Assembly: GCA_965213625.1 (NCBI GenBank)
Contig: CBDBZU010000004.1
Location: 800,001-864,000 of the forward strand
Length of the DNA: 64,000 bases
Source of the DNA: a bacterium
GTDB lineage: Bacteria; UBA8248
Direction of reading: 5' to 3'
In this document: positions 20,722-30,976 of the stretch, in pieces
Layout: each line of letters opens with the position of its first letter
How positions within the stretch are numbered: the stretch's first letter is position 1
Position numbers and translations under genes: made by a program
Notes under the pieces: generated by a model
Told to the model about the DNA's origin: nothing
What the model saw: the letters and a program-made list of their open reading frames with translations, nothing else
Database searches by the model: none

Positions 20722-21245
20722 ACAAGCGCCTCCCCATTAATAGGAACCAACCCAATTATGCCGTACATCTTGAACGCGAGACCCGAGCCGCATCCCGCGC
20801 CGCAAACATTGAGCATCCTCTAATAAAAGATTCCTCCCTCATGATGAAAACAACGAACATCCACAGGGCGAAATTTTTATTGGCGCATATATAAATACGT
20901 TCTCAAATATGTCTCATATTGTAACCTTTTCGTATCAAAATGCAAAACATAAAAAAACGGGGCATTTTCCCGGAATCCTCCATATAGCGTTATATTCAGC
21001 AAAAACAACCCTCTCGCGAGGGAGTGGCCGGTGAAAGATTTTCCGAGGAGCAACTACTTTCTCACAGGTGGATATTATGAAAATCCTAAAATATCCAGGC
21101 GGTGAGGCGAGGCCCGAAACCAGCGAAGAGCACACGCCCGAACAATGAAGAATATGGGGGATTTTGCAGACGCATCCCGCAAGAGGCAAGAAGGGATTTT
21201 TCAGGGGGGAGAGAATTCCACTGGGAGCAACGGGATACACCCAAC

Positions 21246-21277
21246 AAAAAAGCCGGGGCCGCGTGGCCCCGGCTTCT
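21246..21277 (-). terminator. rho-independent terminator after tRNA-Arg
   Basis: AGCCGGGGCC-GCGT-GGCCCCGGCT hairpin followed by a T-run on the minus strand. Confidence 0.8.
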
Positions 21278-21286
21278 CTTGTCAGA

Positions 21287-21363
<77 letters not shown>

Positions 21364-21656
21364 ACTCTTTCTTTATAGCCCGCAAGACGCACATCTTGCA
21401 AACAAAACGGGGAAACTATCTCTACATGGAAGCAGGGTCAAGAGGGCGGGGGATGCGCGGAGCGCTTCTGTTCTCCGGGACGAGAACACCCCGCCCTCAA
21501 GACTAATTATTTTCCCGCGCGCGCTTGAAAACGCACCCGCCTATCCATTAGACTCACCATGCGGTTATAGGGAATCCATACATTTTTCGCGGTTTTGGGG
21601 GGAGTGTTCGTGCGCTTCGCCCTACACGCGGCCTGGTCCGGAGGATACGCTTCATC

Positions 21657-22325
21657 ATGATGAGTTGGCTCCCCGAGAACATTTCTCTCGAAGGAGAGGA
21701 AATCGATTTTCTCTTCTATATCTCCTACTACCTTACGGTGGTCGTCTTCGTCATGGTCGCCGCCGCGATGATCTATTTCCTCATCAAATACCGCGCCAAA
21801 CCCGGCGTGAAGGCGAAATACACGCACGGCAACAACACGCTGGAGATTCTCTGGACGGTGATCCCCACCCTCATCCTGCTCGTCTTCGTCCTGATGACGC
21901 AGACCTCCTGGGCAAAGCTCAAGCTGGCGATCCCCCAGAACCCGCACGTGCGCGTCGAGGTTACCGGCAAGCAGTTCAACTGGATTGTCCGCTACCCCGG
22001 AGACGACAAGAAATTCGGCACCAAAGACGATCTGGTGCTCGACAACCAGTTGAACGTGCCCGTCAACAAGCAGTTGCTCATCTCGCTCAAGGGGGCGGAC
22101 GTCATCCACAGCTTCTTCATACCTCATACCCGCATGAAGCAGGACGTGGTTCCGGGCCGGACGATTCCGCTGTGGTTCACGCCGACCAAGGTGGGAAAAT
22201 TCGAGATTCCATGCGCGGAACTGTGCGGCTTCGGGCACTCCGGCATGAACGGGGAGTTCATCGTCCACTCCGAGGCCGACTACGCCAAGTGGCGCAAGAA
22301 GGCGTGGGCCGAGAAGGACAAATAA
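21657..22325 (+). CDS. coxB: cytochrome c oxidase subunit II
   Basis: LEILWTVIP, DVIHSF, CuA motif CAELCGFGHSGM; no fused cytochrome c. Confidence 0.95.
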   Translation: MMSWLPENISLEGEEIDFLFYISYYLTVVVFVMVAAAMIYFLIKYRAKPGVKAKYTHGNNTLEILWTVIPTLILLVFVLMTQTSWAKLKLAIPQNPHVRVEVTGKQFNWIVRYPGDDKKFGTKDDLVLDNQLNVPVNKQLLISLKGADVIHSFFIPHTRMKQDVVPGRTIPLWFTPTKVGKFEIPCAELCGFGHSGMNGEFIVHSEADYAKWRKKAWAEKDK

Positions 22326-22425
22326 ACGGCTGTATTCATGAGGGCTCGCGCCCTCTTTCATATCTTGAACGGGTCGTCGGGAGTTTTCCTCCGATAAACC
22401 AAACTTACGAGGGATGCAGGAAACC

Positions 22426-24387
22426 ATGAGCGAAACCACGGCAGACGCACACGGCGCTCACGACCACCACGAAGGTGGGTTCTGGAGCACATACGTCTTC
22501 TCGCTGGACCACAAGATGATCGCCAGGCAGTTCCTCTGGCTCGGCCTCATCATGATGGTCGTGGGCGGAATTCTCGCCCTGATCTTCCGCTGGCAACTCG
22601 CCTGGCCGGAAACCCAGGTTTGGGGCTTCGAGTGGATATCGGACGAGAGCGAAGGCATGCCCGAGGGCTACGTCACGCCGAACTTCTACAACATGGCGGT
22701 CACCATGCACGCGACCATCATGGTGTTCCTCGTCGTAATGCCGATTCTGGTGGGCTGTTTCGGGAACTTCCTCATCCCGCTGATGATCGGGGCGCGCGAC
22801 ATGGCATTCCCGGTCTTGAACATGCTTTCGTTCTGGATCGCCGTTCTGGGCGCCGTCATCATGTGTTCGGGATTCCTGGTCGAGGGAGGACACGCCGCCG
22901 CCGGCTGGACCGGTTACGCGCCGTTATCCACCATACCGGAATACACAGGCGTCTTTATGGGACAGACATTATGGGCATTAAGTCTGTTCGTGCTGAGTTT
23001 CTCCTCGCTCATGGGCTCGATCAACTACATCACCACGCTCATCAACATGCGCACCGAGGGCATGACCTGGTTCCGGGTGCCCCTCGTCGTGTGGTCTTTG
23101 TTCGTCACCGCAATCCTGGGCCTGCTGGCCCTGCCCATTCTGGGTTCCGCGGGCGCGATGATGATTTTCGACCGTGTGTTCGAGACCAATTTCTTCAACC
23201 CGGCGAAGGGGGGCGAACCCCTCCTTTGGCAGCACCTGTTCTGGTACTTCGGTCACCCGGAAGTCTACATTCTCATCCTTCCGGGCATGGGCATCGCTTC
23301 GGAGTTGTTGCCTGTTTATTGCAGAAAACCGATCTTCGGCTACCGGGCCATGGTGTACGCCATGCTCGCCATCGCATTCCTGTCGTGGATCGTCTGGGGC
23401 CATCATATGTTCCAGTCCGGCATGAACCCCGCACTCGGTTCGGCCTTCATGATGACGACGCTCGTCATCGCGATACCATCGGCGATCAAGACCTTCAACT
23501 GGCTGGGAACCCTGTGGGGCGGTTCTATCCGCTTCACCGTGCCGATGCTCCATTCCCTGGCCTTCGTCATCCTGTTCGTCATCGGCGGGCTGAGCGGCAT
23601 TTTCATGGCCTCGAACGTGGTGGACATCTACATCCACGACACCTACTTCATCGTGGCGCATTTCCACTACGTCATCTTCGGCGGCAGCGTATTCGCGCTC
23701 TTCGGCGGCATACAGCACTGGTTCCCGAAAATGTTCGGTCGCGCGATGGACGAGGCGCTGGGCAAGGTGCACTTCTGGCTCACGTTCATCTTCTTCAACC
23801 TGGTGTTCTTCCCGATGCACATCCTGGGCGTGGGCGGCCACATGCGGCGCATCTACAACCCCATGCAGTATGAGTTCTTGCAAGGGATGCAGCCGATTAA
23901 CGTGATTATCACCCTCTCGGCGCTTGCGCTGGGACTCTCGCAGATTCCCTTCGTGTTCAACTTCTTCGCCACCGTCTTCCGCTGGAACGCGAAGTGGTTC
24001 CGCGTACTCACCCAGGCGGTTTCGGCTCTCATCGTCGGTTTCATCGGCTACAAGAGCGTTGCGGTGATGTTCGAGGGCCTGATGGAGCCCGAACTCTCGA
24101 TGGGCGGGCGCATCGTGGGCACTATCGTCGCCATCGCGCTTGCGGCCTGGATCTACCGCTATCTCGAGAAGAACATGGCTCCGCTGGGCGCCGACGCGCC
24201 CCAGAACCCCTGGGACGCCAACACGCTCGAGTGGGTGGCACCCACGCCGGCGCCGCACGGGAACTTCGGTCCCACGCTGCCGGTTGTCCGCCGCGGGCCT
24301 TATGAATACAGCGTTCCCGGCGAGAGCGCCGACTGGGCGCCGCAGACCGAAGCCATCGACCCGGCGCTCGTCGAAGCCGGACACTAG
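22426..24387 (+). CDS. coxA: cytochrome c oxidase subunit I (type A1)
   Basis: DHK, TMHA, FGHPEVY, WGHHMF, AHFHY motifs. Confidence 0.97.
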   Translation: MSETTADAHGAHDHHEGGFWSTYVFSLDHKMIARQFLWLGLIMMVVGGILALIFRWQLAWPETQVWGFEWISDESEGMPEGYVTPNFYNMAVTMHATIMVFLVVMPILVGCFGNFLIPLMIGARDMAFPVLNMLSFWIAVLGAVIMCSGFLVEGGHAAAGWTGYAPLSTIPEYTGVFMGQTLWALSLFVLSFSSLMGSINYITTLINMRTEGMTWFRVPLVVWSLFVTAILGLLALPILGSAGAMMIFDRVFETNFFNPAKGGEPLLWQHLFWYFGHPEVYILILPGMGIASELLPVYCRKPIFGYRAMVYAMLAIAFLSWIVWGHHMFQSGMNPALGSAFMMTTLVIAIPSAIKTFNWLGTLWGGSIRFTVPMLHSLAFVILFVIGGLSGIFMASNVVDIYIHDTYFIVAHFHYVIFGGSVFALFGGIQHWFPKMFGRAMDEALGKVHFWLTFIFFNLVFFPMHILGVGGHMRRIYNPMQYEFLQGMQPINVIITLSALALGLSQIPFVFNFFATVFRWNAKWFRVLTQAVSALIVGFIGYKSVAVMFEGLMEPELSMGGRIVGTIVAIALAAWIYRYLEKNMAPLGADAPQNPWDANTLEWVAPTPAPHGNFGPTLPVVRRGPYEYSVPGESADWAPQTEAIDPALVEAGH

Positions 24388-24419
24388 CGCCGCCGTAAAC
24401 ACCCCGGGAGTGAACGCGC

Positions 24420-25364
24420 ATGGCAACTGACCGCCATGCTGGCCTTCCCGCCGCAAAAGGGGGAGGCTGGCCCCATCGCTTCGCCTTGCTGACCTGCGTC
24501 TTCACCGTCGTACTCATCATCGCCGGCGGTCTGGTGACGAGCACGGGTTCGGGCCTCGCCGTTCCCGACTGGCCCAACACGTTCGGCTACAACATGTTCT
24601 TGTTCCCGTGGTCGAAGATGGTGGGCGGCGTTTTCATCGAACACTCACACCGCCTGCTCGGCTCGCTGGTCGGAATTCTCACCATCCTGACGGCCGCCGC
24701 CATCTGGAAAACCGATGAGCGCAAATGGTTGCGCAGGCTGGGCGCATTCGCCGTCGGTCTGGTAATTTTACAAGGAGTGCTCGGAGGGATGCGGGTGGTT
24801 CTCATTAAACTCAACCTGGCCATCGTCCACGCCTGCGTCGCGCAAATTTTCTTCGCCCTCATGGTGAGCCTGGCGTTGTTCACTTCACGCGGCTGGCGAG
24901 AAGATGCAGACAGCGCAGACGACAAACGACTGGCGAGACTGAGCCTTATCACCGTTTTGCTGCTCTACGTCCAAATCATCTTCGGCGCGGTGCTGCGCCA
25001 CACCGGAAACAGGCTCGATGCCCACCTGCTCTTCGCGGCATTGAGCAGTATCCACGTCATCCTCCTCTCTTACAAAATTCTGAAGCTGCCGAACCCGGGC
25101 ACCCTCGCGAAAGAGGCGAACTGCCTGTGGATCTTGCTGCTCGTACAACTAACGCTGGGCTTCGGCTCCTGGGTTGGCAAATACGCAGCCATGGGCGAAG
25201 CCTTCACGCCCGGATTCATCATCGCAATAACCTCCGCCCACGTCGTGGTGGGCGCGATGCTCTTCGCGGCCTCTCTCGTCCTGGCCCTTCGCCTCAACAA
25301 AAGCGGCCTGTTCGCCTTAAAAACCGCTGAAGCGCCAGTCGCTGCGGGAGGCGCGCGCGCATGA
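24420..25364 (+). CDS. ctaA: heme A synthase (COX15/CtaA family)
   Basis: GSGLAVPDWP, EHSHR, conserved His in TM helices. Confidence 0.85.
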   Translation: MATDRHAGLPAAKGGGWPHRFALLTCVFTVVLIIAGGLVTSTGSGLAVPDWPNTFGYNMFLFPWSKMVGGVFIEHSHRLLGSLVGILTILTAAAIWKTDERKWLRRLGAFAVGLVILQGVLGGMRVVLIKLNLAIVHACVAQIFFALMVSLALFTSRGWREDADSADDKRLARLSLITVLLLYVQIIFGAVLRHTGNRLDAHLLFAALSSIHVILLSYKILKLPNPGTLAKEANCLWILLLVQLTLGFGSWVGKYAAMGEAFTPGFIIAITSAHVVVGAMLFAASLVLALRLNKSGLFALKTAEAPVAAGGARA

Positions 25365-26251
25365 CGAATTACCGCACCGAGGCGATGAATCTCGACACCG
25401 CCAAGCGAAGGGCGGTTGATTACCTGGAACTCACAAAACCGCGCATCCTGCCGATGGTACTGGTGGTCACCGCCGCGGGTTTCTATCTCGCCTCGGGCGC
25501 AGGGCTCGAAATTATCCTGCTCATCCACACGCTTATCGGCTCGGCCTTTGCGACGGGCGGCGCGCTGGCGCTGAACCAGGCGTCCGAAGAAGACCTTGAC
25601 GCCCGGATGATCCGGACGCAAAAACGCCCGCTGCCAGACGGGCGGCTTCTCAAGTTCGATGCGCTCCTGTTCGGTTCCGCCATCATGCTGCTGGGGGTGG
25701 CCTATCTGGCCATTTTCGTGAACCCCTTCACGGCGCTTCTCATTGCGGCCACCGGCGGGCTGTATCTGTTCCTGTATACGCCGCTAAAACGAACGACCTC
25801 GTTCAACAGCGTCGTGGGCGCGGTTCCGGGCGCCATGCCGCCGGTCATCGGCTGGGCGGCGGCCACGGGTGCGCTCTCGGTCGAGGCGTTCGTGGTGTTC
25901 TGCATCATGTTCCTCTGGCAGATTCCCCACGCGCTAGCGATAGCCGTCATGTACCGCGAGGATTTCGCGAGAGCGGACATCAAGCTCCTTCCCATCGAGG
26001 ACCCGGGCGGCGCGAGCACGGGCAGGCAGGTCATCGCCTATTGCATGGCGCTCATTCCCGCAGGAATGGCCCCGGCTCTCATCGGCATGGCGGGCCCCGC
26101 TTATTTCGCGGTCTCCACAATACTGGGAATCATTTACCTGGGTTATGGCATTCACATGGCCAGAGAAAAAGGGACCGCCTCCGCAAGGCGCCTGTTCTAC
26201 TACTCGCTGATTTATCTGCCTGCCCTCCTGCTGGCCATGATATTCGGATGA
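25361..26251 (+). CDS. cyoE: protoheme IX farnesyltransferase
   Basis: LTKPR, DARMIRTQKRPLP, YTPLKR, WQIPH. Confidence 0.95.
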   Translation: MTNYRTEAMNLDTAKRRAVDYLELTKPRILPMVLVVTAAGFYLASGAGLEIILLIHTLIGSAFATGGALALNQASEEDLDARMIRTQKRPLPDGRLLKFDALLFGSAIMLLGVAYLAIFVNPFTALLIAATGGLYLFLYTPLKRTTSFNSVVGAVPGAMPPVIGWAAATGALSVEAFVVFCIMFLWQIPHALAIAVMYREDFARADIKLLPIEDPGGASTGRQVIAYCMALIPAGMAPALIGMAGPAYFAVSTILGIIYLGYGIHMAREKGTASARRLFYYSLIYLPALLLAMIFG

Positions 26252-26370
26252 GCGAAGCGATGGACAAGACGCAAACAAGGAACAAGAACCGGCGCACCGG
26301 GGTTTTGCTTTTTCTGTTCATCGTGTGCCTGGCCGCCTTTGCATGGACCGTGGCCATCATCAAGAACTAG
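26248..26370 (+). CDS. 40-aa single-TM oxidase accessory peptide (CoxF-like)
   Basis: ATGA overlap with cyoE stop; basic patch RNKNRR followed by one TM helix. Confidence 0.55.
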   Translation: MSEAMDKTQTRNKNRRTGVLLFLFIVCLAAFAWTVAIIKN

Positions 26371-26385
26371 ACGGGAGGAATCTCG

Positions 26386-27087
26386 TTGAACCCGGTACTC
26401 GAAGCGACTCCGAAAGATAAACAGGAGCGATGGGAAGGCACGCCCCCTCAGCCTCCGCCGGAACCACCCGACGACAACGGGGGCAACGGAAACGGAGGAG
26501 GAGACGACGCCTGGGATGCGGCTCCCGCCGGGAAACCCCTGCTCGGAAACACCCAGCTCGCCATGCTGGTCTTGATCGCGGCCGAAATCATGTTCTTCTC
26601 GGGCCTCGTGGGGGCCTTTCTGGTCTTTCGCTTCAGCGGAAAACCCTGGCCGCCGCCCTTTCAGCCGCGCCTGCCGGTGGAAGTCACAGCCGTCAATACG
26701 GCCCTCCTCCTGTTGAGCAGCTACACGATGGTCCGCGCGCAGCTTACGCTCAAAAGAGGCAACGCGAAGGCCCTGCCAAAGCTACTCACCGTCACGGGCG
26801 TTCTGGGCGTTGTATTCCTCGCCATCCAGGGTTACGAATGGGTGCGTCTGGTCAACTTCGGCCTCACCGCGTCGGCGAACGTCTACGGATCGCTGTTTTA
26901 CACCATCATCGGAACGCACGGTTTTCACGTGCTGAGCGCGGTCGTCTGGCTGGTCGCGGTTCTCGTCCGCGCGCATCTGGGAAAATACTCAACCCGCAAT
27001 CCCAACGGGGTTGTCGCATGCGCGATGTACTGGCATCTCGTGGTGGGGCTATGGCCGATTCTGTTCTATCTGGTCTACTTGCTGTAG
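26386..27087 (+). CDS. coxC: cytochrome c oxidase subunit III-like (first copy)
   Basis: E-x-M-F-F, NT..LL.SS, HGFHV, YWHLV. Confidence 0.9.
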   Translation: MNPVLEATPKDKQERWEGTPPQPPPEPPDDNGGNGNGGGDDAWDAAPAGKPLLGNTQLAMLVLIAAEIMFFSGLVGAFLVFRFSGKPWPPPFQPRLPVEVTAVNTALLLLSSYTMVRAQLTLKRGNAKALPKLLTVTGVLGVVFLAIQGYEWVRLVNFGLTASANVYGSLFYTIIGTHGFHVLSAVVWLVAVLVRAHLGKYSTRNPNGVVACAMYWHLVVGLWPILFYLVYLL

Positions 27088-27110
27088 CGGTGCAGGAACC
27101 GCCCAAAACG

Positions 27111-27140
27111 TTGACACATTCTCTAAGCGGGTGGCATACT
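27111..27140 (+). promoter_or_regulatory. putative sigma70 promoter internal to the cox cluster
   Basis: TTGACA-N18-CATACT with a TG extended -10, upstream of an AAGGAG RBS. Confidence 0.5.
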
Positions 27141-27158
27141 CGCCTCAAGGAGAATCAG

Positions 27159-27422
27159 GTGAAACCGGTCGTTTACATTCTTATCGCCACAGTCTTGGGC
27201 ATCGTCCTCTCAAGTCAGGATTACGCCTTCGCCTGCGCGGTGTGCGGGGTGGACTCGGAGCCGGGATTCCTCTGGAGCATGGGCTTTCTGATCAGCATGC
27301 CGTTCGTTATCGCCTCGGTTACGGGCGGCTATTTCGTATACAATTCTCGGCGTGCGAAAAAATCGCCGGCGAGCAAAGACATTTTTACTGAATGTATAAG
27401 AAGGAGAAGGCGAAGTGACTGA
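27159..27422 (+). CDS. small CxxC membrane protein in the cox cluster
   Basis: GTG start after AAGGAG; signal-like N-terminus, AFA|CAVC, one TM helix; not reported separately by the ORF track. Confidence 0.6.
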   Translation: MKPVVYILIATVLGIVLSSQDYAFACAVCGVDSEPGFLWSMGFLISMPFVIASVTGGYFVYNSRRAKKSPASKDIFTECIRRRRRSD

Positions 27423-28038
27423 TGCCGCCGCCGTGGATCACGCCCACGGAGTGGAACCAGCGGAAACGCCGCTTACCCCCGAAAGCTGGGGCAAGCTGGG
27501 CATGTGGGTATTTCTGGCAGGCGACGCCATGTCGTTCGGGACCTTGCTGGCGGGCTACGCCATCTTGCGGGGCAACAGCGCCAACTGGCCGGTGCCCGTG
27601 GACGTGCTGGGCATTTCGCTCACCGCGTTCATGACGTTCCTGCTCATATGCAGCAGCGTCACCATGGTGAAGGGCCTGGACGCCATCAAAAGAGGCGATC
27701 AGGAGGGCCTGGTGAAGTACATGTGGCTGACCGTAGGCGGCGGCCTCATATTCCTCGCTCTGCAAGCCTATGAGTGGACCCACCTGATTCAAGTGGGTCT
27801 CCATCTTTCCGCGAACAAATGGGGCGACAGCCTCTTCGGCACCACTTTCTACATCATCACGGGCTTCCACGGGATGCATGTGACCGGCGGCGTCATCTAT
27901 CTGGCCGTTATCGCGATGCGCGGCCAAAAAGGCGTTTATTCGTCGACGAACTGGAACGAGGTGGAAATCGCGGGCCTCTACTGGCACTTCGTGGACCTCG
28001 TCTGGATTCTCGTGTTCACGTTCATTTATCTACTGTAA
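27415..28038 (+). CDS. coxC: cytochrome c oxidase subunit III-like (second copy)
   Basis: GKLGMWVFL, TGFHGMHV, GLYWHFVDLVWI. Confidence 0.9.
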   Translation: MTDAAAVDHAHGVEPAETPLTPESWGKLGMWVFLAGDAMSFGTLLAGYAILRGNSANWPVPVDVLGISLTAFMTFLLICSSVTMVKGLDAIKRGDQEGLVKYMWLTVGGGLIFLALQAYEWTHLIQVGLHLSANKWGDSLFGTTFYIITGFHGMHVTGGVIYLAVIAMRGQKGVYSSTNWNEVEIAGLYWHFVDLVWILVFTFIYLL

Positions 28039-28095
28039 TCATCCCGGGCATGCGCCTGAGCGCGCCCGGTTCGTTCGAGGGAGAGCACATACATC

Positions 28096-28392
28096 ATGGC
28101 TAGCGCAAGCCACTCGGAACACGACGATCATCACGTGAACTACATGGCCATCTTCTGGTGGCTCCTGGCGCTCACGATACTCGAGGTCCTGGCCGGCATC
28201 CCGCAGGCGAGCCCCGCCTATCCGCAGCTATTGAAGGGGGCGCTCCTCGTCGGCATGGCCGTGGCCAAGGCGGTCCTCGTGGCGCTTTATTTCATGCACC
28301 TGAAGTTCGAGAAAGTGGCGCTGGGCTTCATCGCCATGATACCGCTCGTGCTGTGCGTGTTCGTGGTGTTGATGGTGCTGCCGGATTTTTAG
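28096..28392 (+). CDS. cytochrome c oxidase subunit IV family (COX4_pro)
   Basis: KAVLVALYFMHLKFE. Confidence 0.85.
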   Translation: MASASHSEHDDHHVNYMAIFWWLLALTILEVLAGIPQASPAYPQLLKGALLVGMAVAKAVLVALYFMHLKFEKVALGFIAMIPLVLCVFVVLMVLPDF

Positions 28393-28438
28393 GCCGCCCC
28401 TACCCTACGCCAGACGTTACATAAAAAATACATAATTC

Positions 28439-28864
28439 ATGTCGCTTCGACATCTACCCACCCTGAACGCCTTGTTGAACCTCACGTGCGCATTCCTGCT
28501 CATGGCGGGGATGAGGCGCATCTACGTCAAAGATGTGGAAATCCACAAGCGCCTCATGGTGAGTGCGTTCGCGGTCTCCACCCTGTTCCTCATCTCCTAT
28601 CTCGTCTACCACTTCAACGTGGGCTCGGTCGGCTTCACCGGCACGGGCTGGATTCGTCCGGTGTATTTCATCATCCTCATCACCCATTCCGTGCTGGCGG
28701 TCCTGGTGCCGCCCATGGCGATCATCACCCTCTATAGGGCGTGGCGGGGGGATTTCGAGCGGCACCGCCGCATCGCCCGCTGGACCTATCCCATCTGGCT
28801 CTATGTTTCGTTCACGGGCGTCGCTGTCTACTTGATTCTCTACGTCTTCTACCCGAGGGCATGA
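28439..28864 (+). CDS. DUF420 / CtaM-like membrane protein
   Basis: LPTLNA, FLISYLVYH, HRRIAR..PIWLYVS.TG. Confidence 0.85.
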   Translation: MSLRHLPTLNALLNLTCAFLLMAGMRRIYVKDVEIHKRLMVSAFAVSTLFLISYLVYHFNVGSVGFTGTGWIRPVYFIILITHSVLAVLVPPMAIITLYRAWRGDFERHRRIARWTYPIWLYVSFTGVAVYLILYVFYPRA

Positions 28865-29229
28865 GAGAATTCCTTCGCGCCCTGAAACGCGGGTGCTCCC
28901 TGATATGTCCGAGATGCCCCGAACCCCTCTTCACGGGGCCATTCCGCATGCACGAAAGATGCCCGGGCTGCGGCTATCTCATCGAACGCGAGCAGGGCTA
29001 TTTCATCGGCGCCATCTACATCAACTACGCCATCACGGTCATCATCTGCCTGGGCGGCTATCTGCTCACCGAAATCTTCATCGCGCCGGGCCTCATGGCG
29101 CATCTCATCACCTGGGGTGGGCTTTGCATCCTGATTCCGCTATTCTCGTTTCGCTACTCCCGCGCCATCTGGCTGAACGCGGATTACTTTTTCAACCGGA
29201 AACTCTCACCCGACGATGATGGGGAATGA
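28861..29229 (+). CDS. DUF983-like Zn-finger membrane protein
   Basis: CPRC...CPGCG, EREQGYFIGA, two TM helices; ATGA coupling at both ends. Confidence 0.75.
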   Translation: MREFLRALKRGCSLICPRCPEPLFTGPFRMHERCPGCGYLIEREQGYFIGAIYINYAITVIICLGGYLLTEIFIAPGLMAHLITWGGLCILIPLFSFRYSRAIWLNADYFFNRKLSPDDDGE

Positions 29230-30200
29230 GCGCATTGGATCCGAACCCCGCCCTCGCCGTCGAAGGCGTCACCCACCGCTACGGTAGCCGTACGGCGCTC
29301 AAGGACGTGCGCTTCGAGGTTGCAGAGGGGGAGATATTCTCGCTCCTGGGCCCGAACGGCGGCGGCAAGACCACCCTGTTCCGCATCATCACCACCCTCA
29401 TGCGCCCCACTACGGGCGATGCGAAAGTTTTCGGGCATTCCGTGCGCGACGCGCCCGATGAGGTGCGAAAAAAAATCGGCGTCGTCTTTCAGCAACCGGG
29501 GCTCGACCCCAAGCTTACCGTGCTCGAGAACATGATCCACCACGGCAGGCTCCACGGCATGCTCGGGAGCTCGCTCCGAAACGCGGCGGACGCGCTCCTC
29601 GCGCAATTCGGCCTGAGCGACAGGAAAAAGGAGTACGTCGAGACGCTCTCCGGCGGGCTTCAGCGCAGGGTGGAACTCGCCAAAGCGCTCCTGCCCCGGC
29701 CCGAGATACTGTTTCTCGACGAACCCAGCACGGGGCTCGACCCGGGGGCCAGAATCGACTTCAGAAACGAGCTCAAGCGCTTGAGAAACGAGACGAACAC
29801 CACGGTCGTGCTCACCACGCATTTCATCGAAGAGGCAGACCACGCGGATCGCGTCGGCGTCATCCACGAAGGAGACCTCGTCGCCATCGGCGCGCCCGAT
29901 GCGCTCAAGAAGGAAGTGGGCGGCGAGGTGCTGACCATCGAGGCGCATGAGCCGGAACACCTGCGCGAAAAACTTGGGAGTATGTTCTCATGTGAGGTGA
30001 AGAGCGTGGACGGCTCCCTGCGCGTCGAGATGCGCGACGCCCACGCGGCCATCCCCAAAATCGCGGAAGCTTTCCCCGGCGAGGTGCGCTCTATTACGCT
30101 GGGCAAACCCACGCTTGAGGACGTGTTCATCAACCAGACGGGAAAGCGCTTCATTGACGCGGATGAAGCTCTCCCCGCAGCGGAGGCGAGAAAGTCTTGA
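29226..30200 (+). CDS. ABC transporter ATP-binding protein (DrrA-like)
   Basis: GPNGGGKTT, LSGG, LDEP. Confidence 0.95.
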   Translation: MSALDPNPALAVEGVTHRYGSRTALKDVRFEVAEGEIFSLLGPNGGGKTTLFRIITTLMRPTTGDAKVFGHSVRDAPDEVRKKIGVVFQQPGLDPKLTVLENMIHHGRLHGMLGSSLRNAADALLAQFGLSDRKKEYVETLSGGLQRRVELAKALLPRPEILFLDEPSTGLDPGARIDFRNELKRLRNETNTTVVLTTHFIEEADHADRVGVIHEGDLVAIGAPDALKKEVGGEVLTIEAHEPEHLREKLGSMFSCEVKSVDGSLRVEMRDAHAAIPKIAEAFPGEVRSITLGKPTLEDVFINQTGKRFIDADEALPAAEARKS

Positions 30201-30976
30201 CTCCTTACCTTCTTTGCACGGGAACGATCTGGCAGCGCGAGATTGTGCGCTTCGTGCGCCAGCGCAGCCGCATCATCGGCGCGTTCGGCCAGCCCATCCT
30301 GTTCTGGCTACTGCTGGGCAGCGGCTTCGGGCGAAACTTCCGCTACGCCGCCGGCGGCGGAGAGGGTTACCTGGAATACTTCTACCCGGGCATCATCGCC
30401 ATGGTGGTGCTGTTCACGGCGATTTTCTCCACCTTCGCCGTGGTGGACGACAGAAAGGCGCGCTTCTTACAGGGCGTGCTCGCAGCCCCCGTCCCGCGCT
30501 CGGCCATCGTGCTGGGGCAAGTGATGGGAGGCGCGACGCTGGCGCTTCTGCAAGGCGTGCTCCTGCTCGTCGCCACGCCTCTGGCGGGCGTTCCGCTCAC
30601 GCTCGAAGCCGCCCTCGCCTCCATCCTGGTGATGGGCCTGATCGGCTTCGCGCTGACCGCGCTCGGCCTGCTGCTCGCCTGGCGGATCGAGTCCACCCAG
30701 GGGTTCCACTCCATCATGAACCTCTTGCTCATCCCTCTGTGGCTGCTCTCGGGCGCGGTGTTCCCGGTCGCGGGCGCGCACCCGATCATCGGACTCATCA
30801 TGCAGGTGAACCCGCTTACCTACGGCGTGGCGGCTTTGAGGAGAACGCTATACTTGAGCGCGCCGGACGCCGTGGCCACCCTGCCGGGGCTCTGGATTTC
30901 CCTGCTCGTCATGATCGCCTTCGGCGGCATCTGCTTCTCGCTCGCGGTGAGGACCGCCGAGCGAAGCGAGGGGTGA
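30197..30976 (+). CDS. ABC-2 type permease
   Basis: Six TM helices, LSGAVFP, NPLTYGV. Confidence 0.9.
   Translation: MTPYLLCTGTIWQREIVRFVRQRSRIIGAFGQPILFWLLLGSGFGRNFRYAAGGGEGYLEYFYPGIIAMVVLFTAIFSTFAVVDDRKARFLQGVLAAPVPRSAIVLGQVMGGATLALLQGVLLLVATPLAGVPLTLEAALASILVMGLIGFALTALGLLLAWRIESTQGFHSIMNLLLIPLWLLSGAVFPVAGAHPIIGLIMQVNPLTYGVAALRRTLYLSAPDAVATLPGLWISLLVMIAFGGICFSLAVRTAERSEG

Noticed and set aside
22978-24456. 492-aa ORF antisense to coxA, and similar ORFs at 10050-11405, 45341-46987 and 58795-60096
   Set aside because: Antisense shadows of well-supported genes with no recognisable motifs
26430-27158. 330-aa ORF 26430-27422
   Set aside because: The 5' part overlaps coxC out of frame; only 27159-27422 has its own RBS and protein-like composition
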